Virus record (IMG/VR): IMGVR_UViG_3300037423_001065
Coordinates: 34,103-98,102 of that record
DNA: 64,000 nt
Direction: 5' to 3' (one strand)
Source: a virus
Below are positions 37,210 through 45,920 of the stretch, piece by piece. The notes under the pieces are model-generated. The model did not search any database, was not told the origin of the DNA, and worked only from the letters and a program-made list of their open reading frames with translations. Position 1 is the first letter of the stretch; each line of letters starts with the position of its first letter. The position numbers were made by a program, and so were the translations under genes.

Positions 37210-37794
37210 TTATTTCCTCGCCGCCTGGACGCTGCCGTCGTACGCGTGCACCAGGACCATCACCTCCGCGGCGGCCGTCGTCGCGCCCTTGATGGCCTCG
37301 AAGGAGAACCGGCCGTAGCTGGCGCCGTGCACGAGCTCGAGCTCGCGGAACGCGTCGCCGACCTTCTTGTGCAGGTCCTTCGGCAAGTCGCTGCGGCCGT
37401 GCGCCTGGGCGAGCTCGCGCAGCAGCGCCTGGCGGTTCGCCGCGGGGCCGGACGCCGCCTCGCGATACGCCTGGGCGTTGCCGGCCGCCTGGGCCAGGAC
37501 GCGATCGCGCGCCGGGCCCGCCATCGACTCGCCGAAGCCCTCGGCCGTCGGGAACACGGTCGCGTCCGGGTTCGAAGCCTTGACGTACGCGTACATCGCC
37601 GACTCGAGGTCGTGCGCGCGATCGCAGTTGTCCACCTTGAAGCCCAGGGCGCGCAGCTCGTTCTGGAACGCCGTCATGGTGTCGCCGATCGCCTGGCGCA
37701 GGTCCTTCGCGTCCTGGTACGTGCCGGCCGGCGCGTCGTCGCAGCACCGGCGGAAGTTGGCGAACGCGTCGTTGCGGGCTTTGGATTCGGTCAT
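37210..37794 (-). CDS. Hypothetical protein (194 aa)
   Basis: AGGAG RBS before ATG 37794. Confidence 0.75.
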   Translation of the reverse strand: MTESKARNDAFANFRRCCDDAPAGTYQDAKDLRQAIGDTMTAFQNELRALGFKVDNCDRAHDLESAMYAYVKASNPDATVFPTAEGFGESMAGPARDRVLAQAAGNAQAYREAASGPAANRQALLRELAQAHGRSDLPKDLHKKVGDAFRELELVHGASYGRFSFEAIKGATTAAAEVMVLVHAYDGSVQAARK

Positions 37795-37823
37795 CGGGTT
37801 TTCTCCTAGAGTTGATCGTCTCG

Positions 37824-38057
37824 TTACTTGCGGCGCGCCTTGCGCGCGGCCTTCTTCTCCGCTCTCTCCTTGGCGACGTGCTGGCGCACCGCCTGGTAGT
37901 AGAGGGAACCAATGTCCAGGGCGTAGCTCGAGCGCAGGCCCTTGGCCCGCAGCTCGATCAGCCCGTGGTGCGTCGTGACCAGGACGGCCCGCAGGCCCTT
38001 GTCTCGGACGTACGCGCTGGTCTCGCGCGTCGTCGGCTTCGCTGAACTCGTCGCCAT
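37824..38057 (-). CDS. Small basic protein (77 aa)
   Basis: TAATG coupling to upstream gene. Confidence 0.65.
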   Translation of the reverse strand: MATSSAKPTTRETSAYVRDKGLRAVLVTTHHGLIELRAKGLRSSYALDIGSLYYQAVRQHVAKERAEKKAARKARRK

Positions 38058-38815
38058 TACCAACCAAACCTTTCTGCACAGATGGGGCCGATGCCACGTT
38101 CAACACTCTCCGGGTCGCTCAGCTCTCGGCCACACACCGAGCACACCCCGTACTGCTTGCCGTAGGCGATCGCGGCCGCCTTCGGGTCCTTGGCAATCTC
38201 GAGCACCTTCGCCTCGAGCTCGCCGCTGCAATCGCGCGATCGCCGGAACGCGCCCGCCATGATCTTGCCCAGGTACACGCCGTCGTCGCTCTTGACGTAG
38301 ATCGCACCCGCGTTCTGTCCCGTGGCCGGCGCCGGCGACACCGTGAAGCCGCCCAGGCGCATCTTCGGGCGCTTGATGCCCGCGGCCATCGCCTTCGCGA
38401 ACGCGGCCTCCACGGCCGGCATGCTCGCTGCAGGTGCTCCTGCCGCGGCCGGCGCCTGGCCCTTGCCCAGGTTGCGCTGCACGGCCGCGAGCTGGTTGTC
38501 CGTGAGGGCGCCGTAGCGCTCCAGGCCGCAGCTCAAGCTGAGCGCGAACCCGTTGCCCTTGCCGCCCTCGGCCTCGAGCCAGGCGTGCTCGGCGGGGTGC
38601 GCCGCCTTCCAGGCTTTGATCTTCTCGGCCAGGGCGTTGCCCTTGGCGACCTGGGCGCTGCGCTTCGCCTCGAGCTCGGCCGCCGGCACCTCGATGACCT
38701 TGCGGCCCTTGCACCGGTTGCAGCTCCCGACGTACCCGCCGTACGTGGCGCGGTACAAGCCGGAGCCGCGGCACTTCGGGCATTCGATCTTCACGGGCGC
38801 CTCCGGCTTGTTCAT
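38057..38815 (-). CDS. Zn-finger protein with DUF6011-like C-terminus (252 aa)
   Basis: CPKCRGSG..CNRCKG; CSVCGRELSDPESVERGIGPIC. Confidence 0.8.
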   Translation of the reverse strand: MNKPEAPVKIECPKCRGSGLYRATYGGYVGSCNRCKGRKVIEVPAAELEAKRSAQVAKGNALAEKIKAWKAAHPAEHAWLEAEGGKGNGFALSLSCGLERYGALTDNQLAAVQRNLGKGQAPAAAGAPAASMPAVEAAFAKAMAAGIKRPKMRLGGFTVSPAPATGQNAGAIYVKSDDGVYLGKIMAGAFRRSRDCSGELEAKVLEIAKDPKAAAIAYGKQYGVCSVCGRELSDPESVERGIGPICAERFGW

Positions 38816-38826
38816 CACGAGCTCGA

Positions 38827-39165
38827 TCACTTCTTGACCCGCCCGTCGTGGCGGCCGCAGATGCTCACGACCTGGCTGACGTGCACGTAGTACACGTCGC
38901 TCCACTTCGCCTCGAGACCGAAGTCCTGGAACTGGTACACCTCGAGCACCGCGCCCTCCCAGCTCTCCGGCTTCATCACGTTGCGGCCGTCCTCGATCAC
39001 CGGGCCCGCGGCCTTCACGCCGCCATAGCCCAGGAGCTTGCCCTCGATCACGTGACCGCCCTCGAGGAGCAGCTTCACGGGGGCGCCGAGCTCCATCGCG
39101 CGCACGACGGCGCCGATCATCGCGGCGCGCGAGACGCCGTCCTTGCTGAATTTCGCATCCTTCAT
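38827..39165 (-). CDS. Hypothetical protein (112 aa)
   Basis: AGGAG RBS. Confidence 0.7.
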   Translation of the reverse strand: MKDAKFSKDGVSRAAMIGAVVRAMELGAPVKLLLEGGHVIEGKLLGYGGVKAAGPVIEDGRNVMKPESWEGAVLEVYQFQDFGLEAKWSDVYYVHVSQVVSICGRHDGRVKK

Positions 39166-39184
39166 CGTTTCTCCTGGTGGTTGA

Positions 39185-39523
39185 TCAATCGTCGTGGCTG
39201 GCGAGGAGGTGACCGAAGCGCTTCCGGCACAGCTCGCTCTCGAACTGGTACACGCGCACGCGGCGCTTGAGAATGTCGTCCAGGCGGTACGCGTCGCGCA
39301 CCAGGCCAATGTCGATCGGGTCGTTCGCCTCGGGCATCCCGCCGCGGCTGTTGATGCGGCGATCGAGGGCGATGCGGAAGTCGCGGCGCACCTGGGAGAC
39401 GGGCCGCGGGCCCATCCAATCCACGCTCACCTGACCGTCGGCCGGCATCGCGTTGAGCCGCTTCCAGGCGGCGACGTACGCGCCCTTGCTGGGCAGCGCG
39501 GCAATCGAAGCTCTCATGTTCAT
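39185..39523 (-). CDS. First gene of leftward early operon (112 aa)
   Basis: AGGAG RBS just after promoter. Confidence 0.75.
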   Translation of the reverse strand: MNMRASIAALPSKGAYVAAWKRLNAMPADGQVSVDWMGPRPVSQVRRDFRIALDRRINSRGGMPEANDPIDIGLVRDAYRLDDILKRRVRVYQFESELCRKRFGHLLASHDD

Positions 39524-39547
39524 CGCTTTATCTCCTAGTACACCCCG

Positions 39548-39638
39548 ATACTATACGCGACCGCGAACATTTGCAAGTGCTTTTTTGAGACACGTTGCTC
39601 AAAAAAGACTTGCGCTATTGTTCGCAGTCACCTACATT
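39548..39638. promoter_or_regulatory. Back-to-back sigma70-like early promoters in a long imperfect palindrome
   Basis: Leftward TTGCAA-17-TAGTAT; rightward TTGCGC-17-TACATT; central TTTTTTGAG-N8-CTCAAAAAA. Confidence 0.85.
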
Positions 39639-39665
39639 AGAGGGGTAGATTAAAGGAGCGAAACG

Positions 39666-40334
39666 ATGGCAAGACAGGTACCAGGGATTCAGCTTCGCGG
39701 GCACTGCCAGTGCTGCGGGCGTCTCCAGGCCGTCCCCGACGGCTACATGAGCAAGCACGGCTACGAGGTCAAGAACCGCGGGCATGGTGGATGGTTCAGC
39801 GGCGTCTGCTCCGGCAACCGGTACGCGCCGATCGAGCGCGAGCGGGCCCAGGCCGACATGATCATCGCCAGCGTGCGCGAGGAGTGCGTCAGCCTGCGGC
39901 AGCGCGCCGCCGACTTCCGCGCCGGCGTGATCAAGCCGAAGGAGGCCAAGAAGGACGGCCGCCAGCGCCGCGTCGAAGTCAACGGCCGCTACGACTGGGT
40001 CTACGAGATGGTGCCGTTCGCCGAGGCGGACCCCTACTACCAGGACGAGGCGGTGAAGTCGGAAGCCTTCAAAGCCGAGCGCCGCGCCGAGATGGGTGAG
40101 GGATTCGCGCGTGACCTGGAGAAGATCGTCAACGAATACCACGGCAAGCCGCTGCAAAAGGTGAAGGCGGACGCCGGCCCGGCGCCGATCGTGTCGGGCG
40201 AGCGGCGCAAGAACCAGAGCGGCCGCGTGCTGATCGCGCAGTACGTCGATCGCGGCATGGTGCACTGGAAGGACGAGCGCGGCTTCGGCAGCAAGATGCA
40301 CTCGCGGTCGTGGCGCCTGATGGAACGAGCGTGA
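39666..40334 (+). CDS. First gene of rightward early operon, Zn-binding motif (222 aa)
   Basis: AAGGAG RBS; GHCQCCGR..HGY..CSG. Confidence 0.8.
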   Translation: MARQVPGIQLRGHCQCCGRLQAVPDGYMSKHGYEVKNRGHGGWFSGVCSGNRYAPIERERAQADMIIASVREECVSLRQRAADFRAGVIKPKEAKKDGRQRRVEVNGRYDWVYEMVPFAEADPYYQDEAVKSEAFKAERRAEMGEGFARDLEKIVNEYHGKPLQKVKADAGPAPIVSGERRKNQSGRVLIAQYVDRGMVHWKDERGFGSKMHSRSWRLMERA

Positions 40335-40386
40335 ATGCAGCGACCAGGGCCCGCCCTGGTCAGTGTGTTTACCCCAAGGAGAAACG

Positions 40387-40719
40387 ATGAAAGGTTTGAT
40401 CGTCAACGTGTACCGCGCCGTCGACGGCCGCGACTGCACCAACGGCGGCGTGAGCTCGAAGCATTCGACGCTCACCGCCATCAGCCACGACCCGGGCACT
40501 GCGGTGTTCGAAGCCTCGAGCCAGGCGCCGGCCGTGTACCTGGGCAAGTGGATGGGGCGCGTCGTCGCTATCCCCGAGGACCTGCCGCTGCGCCCCTCGA
40601 GCAGCAACTTCGCCGGCCTGGAGGGCTGGATGTTCGGCGGCAACTTCATCTACTCGAGCGACAGCCGGTTCCCTGGCGACGGCCATCCGGTGCCCGTGTT
40701 CGATCGGAGGGAGTTCTGA
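40387..40719 (+). CDS. Hypothetical protein (110 aa)
   Basis: AAGGAG RBS; DCTNGGVSS...MFGGNFIYSSDSRF. Confidence 0.8.
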   Translation: MKGLIVNVYRAVDGRDCTNGGVSSKHSTLTAISHDPGTAVFEASSQAPAVYLGKWMGRVVAIPEDLPLRPSSSNFAGLEGWMFGGNFIYSSDSRFPGDGHPVPVFDRREF

Positions 40720-40991
40720 TGGGACGCGTCGTCAATCGCCGCGCCCGTGCGGCCGCACTGCGCAAGCTGCTGCTTACCGGCCCGTCGTCGCTCAACGCGC
40801 CCGACAACGCATTCCACCCTGGCGACGCGAAGCGCGAGGAGGTTCGCGCCGAGCTCTGGCACGGCTACCAGCTCTGGCTCAACTCCTGGGTGATCCCGGA
40901 GCTGGACGACCTGGTGCCCGAGCTCAAGAAGGAGGCCGAGAATCGCCGCCTCGAGGAGCGGCGCCTGGCCCTGGAGGGCAAGGCGAAGTGA
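40719..40991 (+). CDS. Hypothetical protein (90 aa)
   Basis: TGATG coupling. Confidence 0.65.
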   Translation: MGRVVNRRARAAALRKLLLTGPSSLNAPDNAFHPGDAKREEVRAELWHGYQLWLNSWVIPELDDLVPELKKEAENRRLEERRLALEGKAK

Positions 40992-41683
40992 TTCACGCCC
41001 TGGTGCACGACAACAAGTCACGCCTGTGGTGCGGGCCCGCGGCGATCGCGCTCATCACGGGGCAACCCACGAGCGTGATCCACCGCATGATCCTGGAGGG
41101 CCGCCGCGGCCGCTGCACGCGTGACTCGCGCGCCGTCACCGGCACGACTCACGCCGAGGTCTACCAGGTGCTGCGCGAGCTGGGATACAAGGACCAGCGC
41201 GTCGCGCCGATCGCCGGCGTGTTCCCGGCCGCTCACCTGGTCGAGTGCATCGCGTTCGAGACGCACCTCCCCGTCCTGGCGGCCACGGCGGACCACTGGT
41301 TCATCGTGTTCCGCGGGCAGTACTTCGACAACCGGCACCCCGAGGGCGTCGAGATGCCAGAGGAGATGCGCGGCCAGCTCGTGGACACCGTCATGGCCTG
41401 GCGCCAGGTCGCGGCTCCGAAGCTGCCGGCACCGAAGCCACCGCCGGCATCGCGTCACCCGGACATGCGCAAGGCGCTGCGCCTGGCGAAGGAGTACTCG
41501 ATCGAGGTCGAGCGCGAGGGCGACATTGACGCCTGGTATGTGCACTGCCCGGCCGAGGTGGACGAGGTAGACGATATTTTCGAGGGCGACCACTACGCCC
41601 ATTCACCCACCGAGGTCCTGGACAAGGTGACTCGGTACATCGAGCTTGTGCATCACGTGCGCGAGCATGGAGCGCTGACATGA
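40988..41683 (+). CDS. Possible papain-fold (C39-like) protein (231 aa)
   Basis: WCGPAAIAL...DHWFIV...YFDN resembles a Cys-His-Asp triad. Confidence 0.5.
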   Translation: MIHALVHDNKSRLWCGPAAIALITGQPTSVIHRMILEGRRGRCTRDSRAVTGTTHAEVYQVLRELGYKDQRVAPIAGVFPAAHLVECIAFETHLPVLAATADHWFIVFRGQYFDNRHPEGVEMPEEMRGQLVDTVMAWRQVAAPKLPAPKPPPASRHPDMRKALRLAKEYSIEVEREGDIDAWYVHCPAEVDEVDDIFEGDHYAHSPTEVLDKVTRYIELVHHVREHGALT

Positions 41684-42027
41684 AGATCATGAAGTACGCC
41701 TACTCGCCGCTCAGCGTGCGCCGCATCCTGGGCGAGCTGGCGAACGACTGCGGCATCACGAACCTGCGCCGGTACAACAATGCCGAGCTGCACTCCCGGC
41801 GCGGCGCCCAGGACTATCGCGACCCGGTCCTGGTCACGATCACCGTCGAGCGCCTGCCGCGCGTCAAGCGCCCGAAGCCGAAGCGGCCCAGCGTGCCGGC
41901 GCGCGCTGCAGGTGGTCACGCGACCGCGGCAATCATGAGCCCGGCGCAGCGTCAGGAGCGCGCCCGCCTGGGTGGCATCGCCCGCCGCGCGAAGGCGGTC
42001 TCGAAGTTCACTGGGAGCACGTCATGA
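41680..42027 (+). CDS. Basic hypothetical protein (115 aa)
   Basis: Coupled ORF; MSPAQRQERARLGG. Confidence 0.65.
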   Translation: MKIMKYAYSPLSVRRILGELANDCGITNLRRYNNAELHSRRGAQDYRDPVLVTITVERLPRVKRPKPKRPSVPARAAGGHATAAIMSPAQRQERARLGGIARRAKAVSKFTGSTS

Positions 42028-42374
42028 AGCCGGCCGACTACACCCCGCTGCCGATCGCCCTGGAGAAGTGGCCGACCTGGCGCGAGCGATCGCGAAACGA
42101 CCAAATCGCGACGATCGAGTGCGTGCCGGCCCAGGGCTGGGAGTCGCCGATCGTCGCCGAGGTAAACCTCCTGGACGATCGCGTCGGCGACAACCTGGTG
42201 CCGCTCGTGGCAGCGGCGCCGGAGCTCGCGATCGAGCTGCGCGCGGCGCTGCACTACATCAAGGTCGAGGCCGCGAAGGCGCCGACCGAGCCGGCCCGCG
42301 TCGCGCGTCAGCGCAAGGCCCTCAAGGATGTGGAGCGGGTCACTGCGCTGCTGGCGCGCCTGGGGCTGACATGA
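42024..42374 (+). CDS. Hypothetical protein (116 aa)
   Basis: LVAAAPEL phage motif; ATGA overlaps. Confidence 0.7.
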   Translation: MKPADYTPLPIALEKWPTWRERSRNDQIATIECVPAQGWESPIVAEVNLLDDRVGDNLVPLVAAAPELAIELRAALHYIKVEAAKAPTEPARVARQRKALKDVERVTALLARLGLT

Positions 42375-42580
42375 GCGAAATCGAACGCCTCAAGGCCCAG
42401 GCGAAGCGGGCGCGCCTCGAGTTCGACAGCATGATGGACGGCGTCGATTGCGGCGCTGCCATGCTCAAGACCATCAAGCCCGAAGCCCAGGCGGCCGCCG
42501 ATCGCTACAACGCGGCGATGGCCGGCCTGGAGAAGATCGACCCGAATTTCCCGAAGGGCAAGCCATGGCTTCCGCTGTGA
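42371..42580 (+). CDS. Hypothetical protein (69 aa)
   Basis: ATGA overlap. Confidence 0.6.
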   Translation: MSEIERLKAQAKRARLEFDSMMDGVDCGAAMLKTIKPEAQAAADRYNAAMAGLEKIDPNFPKGKPWLPL

Positions 42581-42792
42581 CGCCGACGATGGCCGATGCG
42601 GCCGTGTCGTTCTCGAAAATCCTCGACGCGATCGACAAGATGAACCAGGCCGCCGGCGCCGTGCTGACGGCCCAGCCCGGCGAGATGACCAGGCGCGCCG
42701 AGGCGATGCGCGATGCCAGGGCGGCGCTCGAGGGCGTCGTGCAGGTGCACGGCCGTGTGGTCTACAACGTGCTGACGGAGCCCGGGCCATGA
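42565..42792 (+). CDS. Hypothetical protein (about 75 aa, start uncertain)
   Basis: Fills operon gap. Confidence 0.55.
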   Translation: MASAVTPTMADAAVSFSKILDAIDKMNQAAGAVLTAQPGEMTRRAEAMRDARAALEGVVQVHGRVVYNVLTEPGP

Positions 42793-43109
42793 GAAGCCCC
42801 AGGCACAAGCTCGAGCCCATCGCCGTGCGCATCGCGCGCGTGCTCCTGGCGCGTCGCGCGAAGGGCGAGTTCACCGTGCATTTCGTGACCCTCGAGCATG
42901 AGGTGTTCCCGGTCGAGCACTTCCCGCGCGCCGGCAACTACTCGAGCAACGGCGGCCCGCCTGGCTGTCGCATGGCGTTGTCGGCCGCGATTCGCCGGCA
43001 CGGGTTCATGGAGACCTGGGTCAAGGTGGGCGAGCGCATCGTGAGCACGAACATCCCGCCGGCCGTGCGCGCCCAGGTCAACGCGATCGACAAGGCCAGG
43101 GCGAAGTGA
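42789..43109 (+). CDS. Hypothetical protein (106 aa)
   Basis: Coupled ORF. Confidence 0.6.
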   Translation: MRSPRHKLEPIAVRIARVLLARRAKGEFTVHFVTLEHEVFPVEHFPRAGNYSSNGGPPGCRMALSAAIRRHGFMETWVKVGERIVSTNIPPAVRAQVNAIDKARAK

Positions 43110-43369
43110 GCCGGCGCACGATCTGGCCCCAGGTCACGCCGGCACGCGCTGCCTGGCTGACGCGGCTCGAGCGTGAGGGCGTGGTCGACGGGCGCCCGCG
43201 CGGCCGCACGGGATTCGATTGCATGCAACTGGGCTGGAGCACCTGGGTGTACGTAAAGGAGGGCGACGGCCCGATCGCCTGGGACAACGTGCGCAACATC
43301 GGCGAGGCCATCACGCCGGCCGGCCGGCATGCCCTGGCGGCCTGGAGACTCGAGCATGGCGAAACCTGA
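43106..43369 (+). CDS. Hypothetical protein (87 aa)
   Basis: GTGA overlap; ITPAGRHAL. Confidence 0.6.
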   Translation: MSRRTIWPQVTPARAAWLTRLEREGVVDGRPRGRTGFDCMQLGWSTWVYVKEGDGPIAWDNVRNIGEAITPAGRHALAAWRLEHGET

Positions 43370-43673
43370 CTTCATCATCACGGTGAGCACGAATTACAAC
43401 GGCTACAACCCTCAGCCCAGGTTCGAGCATCCGCCGACGTTCAAGCCTGGGCGCTGGCGCCGCGACAGCGTGTTTCGCGAGCAGGTGCATTACGGCCGCT
43501 TCGCGTGCTACGCCCTGGGCAAGTCGCCGCCGATCGAGCTCGAGCCCGAAACCATGATGGCCCAGGTGCCCGTAGAGGTCCTGGCGAAGATTCAGATGGC
43601 GCTGGCGACCGGCGTCGTGCCGCGCGGCCTCAAGTCCCAGCTCGCGGCGATCGTGGCCGAGGCGACGCGTTAG
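43356..43673 (+). CDS. Hypothetical protein (105 aa)
   Basis: GGAG RBS; last gene before convergence. Confidence 0.6.
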   Translation: MAKPDFIITVSTNYNGYNPQPRFEHPPTFKPGRWRRDSVFREQVHYGRFACYALGKSPPIELEPETMMAQVPVEVLAKIQMALATGVVPRGLKSQLAAIVAEATR

Positions 43674-44341
43674 CCAGCGCTGGCGGCCAGGATTTGGTTG
43701 AGGCCAGGGTTCACCTGGTCGGTGCCACGGAACACCTCGAGGTTGTCCAGGCGATACACGGTGATCGTGTCGCCCACGATGCGCGTGTGCAGCACCCAGT
43801 TGTGGCGGTAGGCCCACTGCGACGCTGCCGTGCGCACGGCCTGGTGCATCTCGTACCCGGTGAACGCGACGGCCTGGTGGGTGTCCAGGGCGCTCAGCGT
43901 GATCGAGTGGCGACGCGGGCGGCCGGCGCTCACCTGGGCGTCGTCGGACAGGCGCGTGACGCGGATCGCGTTGCCCTGGCGCTCGCAGCGGAATTTCTTG
44001 CCGGCCGTGGTTTTCATCTTCGCGCTGGCGGCCTGGCGCACCTTGTAGTGGTCCTCGAGCGGCACGTCGAACACGTGCGACTCGCCCACCTCGAGGTGGT
44101 CCATGGGCGCGTAGCGACTGGTCGGCGCGCCCTTCCTGGAGTCGTCGCGCGTGACGCGGACGCCGGTCTCCTCGTCGGCCAGGGCAACGCCCAGGTCACG
44201 CGAGCGGGCAAATCGGTGGACCTCAGCGCTGATTTGTTGCGCGGCAGAGGTGTCGCATCTGATAAGCACCGACTGACCGTTTTCCTTGGCCGTGAGGGCC
44301 ATGACGGCGCGGCGGACTCTTAATAGGGTGTCTGCGTCCAT
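43670..44341 (-). CDS. Three-repeat small alpha/beta-domain protein next to origin (223 aa)
   Basis: Three units ending GVRVTR, AIRVTRL and TITVYRL; own promoter motif at 44401-44416. Confidence 0.7.
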   Translation of the reverse strand: MDADTLLRVRRAVMALTAKENGQSVLIRCDTSAAQQISAEVHRFARSRDLGVALADEETGVRVTRDDSRKGAPTSRYAPMDHLEVGESHVFDVPLEDHYKVRQAASAKMKTTAGKKFRCERQGNAIRVTRLSDDAQVSAGRPRRHSITLSALDTHQAVAFTGYEMHQAVRTAASQWAYRHNWVLHTRIVGDTITVYRLDNLEVFRGTDQVNPGLNQILAASAG

Positions 44342-44361
44342 ATATTCGGGGCTGTTGAGGT

Positions 44362-44651
44362 GGTAACGGTATCAGGTGGGGCAACTGAGCCGGTAACTGG
44401 ATTATCGAGTCACGACAAGGACTTGGGCCGGATGTTACCCGGTTACCGGGGATCGGGCCGGGAAATACATCCCTCTCAGAATACACGATACATACATTCC
44501 ACACAATGATCATGAATATATGTAGAACCTCGCCCTATGTATATATCTATATCTATTCAAGGTAACATGGTAACAGTAACAGGGAAACTTGAACGGAATC
44601 AAGGACTTAGGCTGTTACCACGGACCGTTACCGGGCCGCTACCGCGTTACC
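44362..44651. other. Putative replication origin: GGTAAC/GTTACC iterons, AT-rich core, IHF site
   Basis: About 10 iterons in both orientations; TATGTATATATCTATATCTATT; AATCAAGGACTTA at 44597-44609 matches WATCAAN4TTR. Confidence 0.7.
44401..44416 (-). promoter_or_regulatory. Late-promoter motif inside origin region
   Basis: GTCGTGAC-tc-GATAAT on minus strand. Confidence 0.65.
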
Positions 44652-44809
44652 AGGCCAGGCAGTGGCGCCGGAACCACGGTTTTGTAGGACCGCGCTGATG
44701 CCTCAGCGTAGGACTAGGGAGACTGTTGGTTACAGGATGTAAAATATCAGCACTGGCTCAGCGCTTCCATAGAATCCCGCCTCAGCCGCATATATCCGGG
44801 GGGACTCTT

Positions 44810-45343
44810 ATGCAGGTTGAGTACCATTCGATCGCCCTCACGCCGGGCATCCTCTACTTCGATTGCCAGCACCTCAAGGCCAGGCTGAGCACGGGCTCGT
44901 GCGCCTCAATGTGGCGCGCCAGCAACGGCCCGGGATGCGGCGACCAGGCCCGGGAGAGCTGCAAGCGCTGCCCCCTGGGCGCCCTGCACGCCGGCGAGGC
45001 TGACGCCTCCACCTCGAGCCTGGCCGGCTCCAAGGTCTGCTCGCGCTGCCATCGGCCGGCGCCGCGCCTGATCGGCGGCATGCACTGCGTCTCGTGCAAG
45101 AACCGCGAGTACGAGTTCATGAAGGGCAAGAACGCGAAGGGCACGACGCCGGTCAAGCTCGCATGCCTGGCGCGCCGGCGCATCCGCTTCATGGCGGGCG
45201 GCGAGCTGCGCACGTCGACGGCGCCCTTCACCCTGGACGACGCCGAGCTGATCATCTCGGCGCTGCGCGACAACAAGTCGGTCGTCCGCTTCGGCCTGGC
45301 GCCATGCGTCACGCCGGCCCTGCGTCAGATGCGGCTGTTCTGA
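44810..45343 (+). CDS. Cys-rich protein ending QMRLF (177 aa)
   Basis: Multiple CxxC pairs; TAGAAT -10 upstream. Confidence 0.7.
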   Translation: MQVEYHSIALTPGILYFDCQHLKARLSTGSCASMWRASNGPGCGDQARESCKRCPLGALHAGEADASTSSLAGSKVCSRCHRPAPRLIGGMHCVSCKNREYEFMKGKNAKGTTPVKLACLARRRIRFMAGGELRTSTAPFTLDDAELIISALRDNKSVVRFGLAPCVTPALRQMRLF

Positions 45344-45344
45344 C

Positions 45345-45635
45345 GTGGCGCGCACCCTGACCGGCCTTGTCTCCCTCACGGACCACGTCTGCGCTGCCTG
45401 CTTCGGGCGGATCGTCAAGGGCGAGCGACCGCTCGACTGCACCGACGACCATGCGCACCGCTGGACCTGCACCAACTGCGGCGCCGAGACCGTGCACCGC
45501 GAGGTCTCGAGCATCTGCTCGTGCGGCATCCGCACCAAGACCGGCCGCGACGCCGGCGTGCGCTGTGAGCGAAACCCGACACCGACACCCGAGTTCCCCA
45601 GCCTGATCGTTGCCGCGCAGAGCGTGCCGGCCTAG
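45345..45635 (+). CDS. Zn-ribbon protein (96 aa)
   Basis: CAAC-x22-CTNC plus CSC. Confidence 0.65.
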   Translation: MARTLTGLVSLTDHVCAACFGRIVKGERPLDCTDDHAHRWTCTNCGAETVHREVSSICSCGIRTKTGRDAGVRCERNPTPTPEFPSLIVAAQSVPA

Positions 45636-45659
45636 AATGCTCAAATTTGAGGATGCCAA

Positions 45660-45920
45660 GTGCGCAGCGTCACCACCTACCCCTTGCCCACGTACACCGG
45701 CCGGCACCAGATTACGCTGCCGGTTGACGCCCAGGTTGTCGGCGTCGAGTGCGCCACCGGACGGCCGCCCGTTCTGGTCATTGTCGGCGACCCGTACGGC
45801 CAGGTCGCGCCGCGCAACATCCTGGTGACTGGCCCGGGCGGATTCGTGGACGAAGGCGCGCGCTACCTGGGCACGATGATGCCCATGGGCCAAGCCGTGT
45901 TCGTGTTCGAAACACCATGA
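45660..45920 (+). CDS. Hypothetical protein (86 aa)
   Basis: GAGG RBS plus GTG; YLGT...VFE. Confidence 0.7.
   Translation: MRSVTTYPLPTYTGRHQITLPVDAQVVGVECATGRPPVLVIVGDPYGQVAPRNILVTGPGGFVDEGARYLGTMMPMGQAVFVFETP

Noticed and set aside
11119-37979. GTCGTGAC copies at 11119(-) and 37972(+)
   Set aside because: Inside genes, antisense to them, and lacking the NANNNT hexamer; about the number expected by chance
44362-44651. CRISPR array
   Set aside because: Repeats are 6-mers in both orientations with irregular spacing; no cas genes
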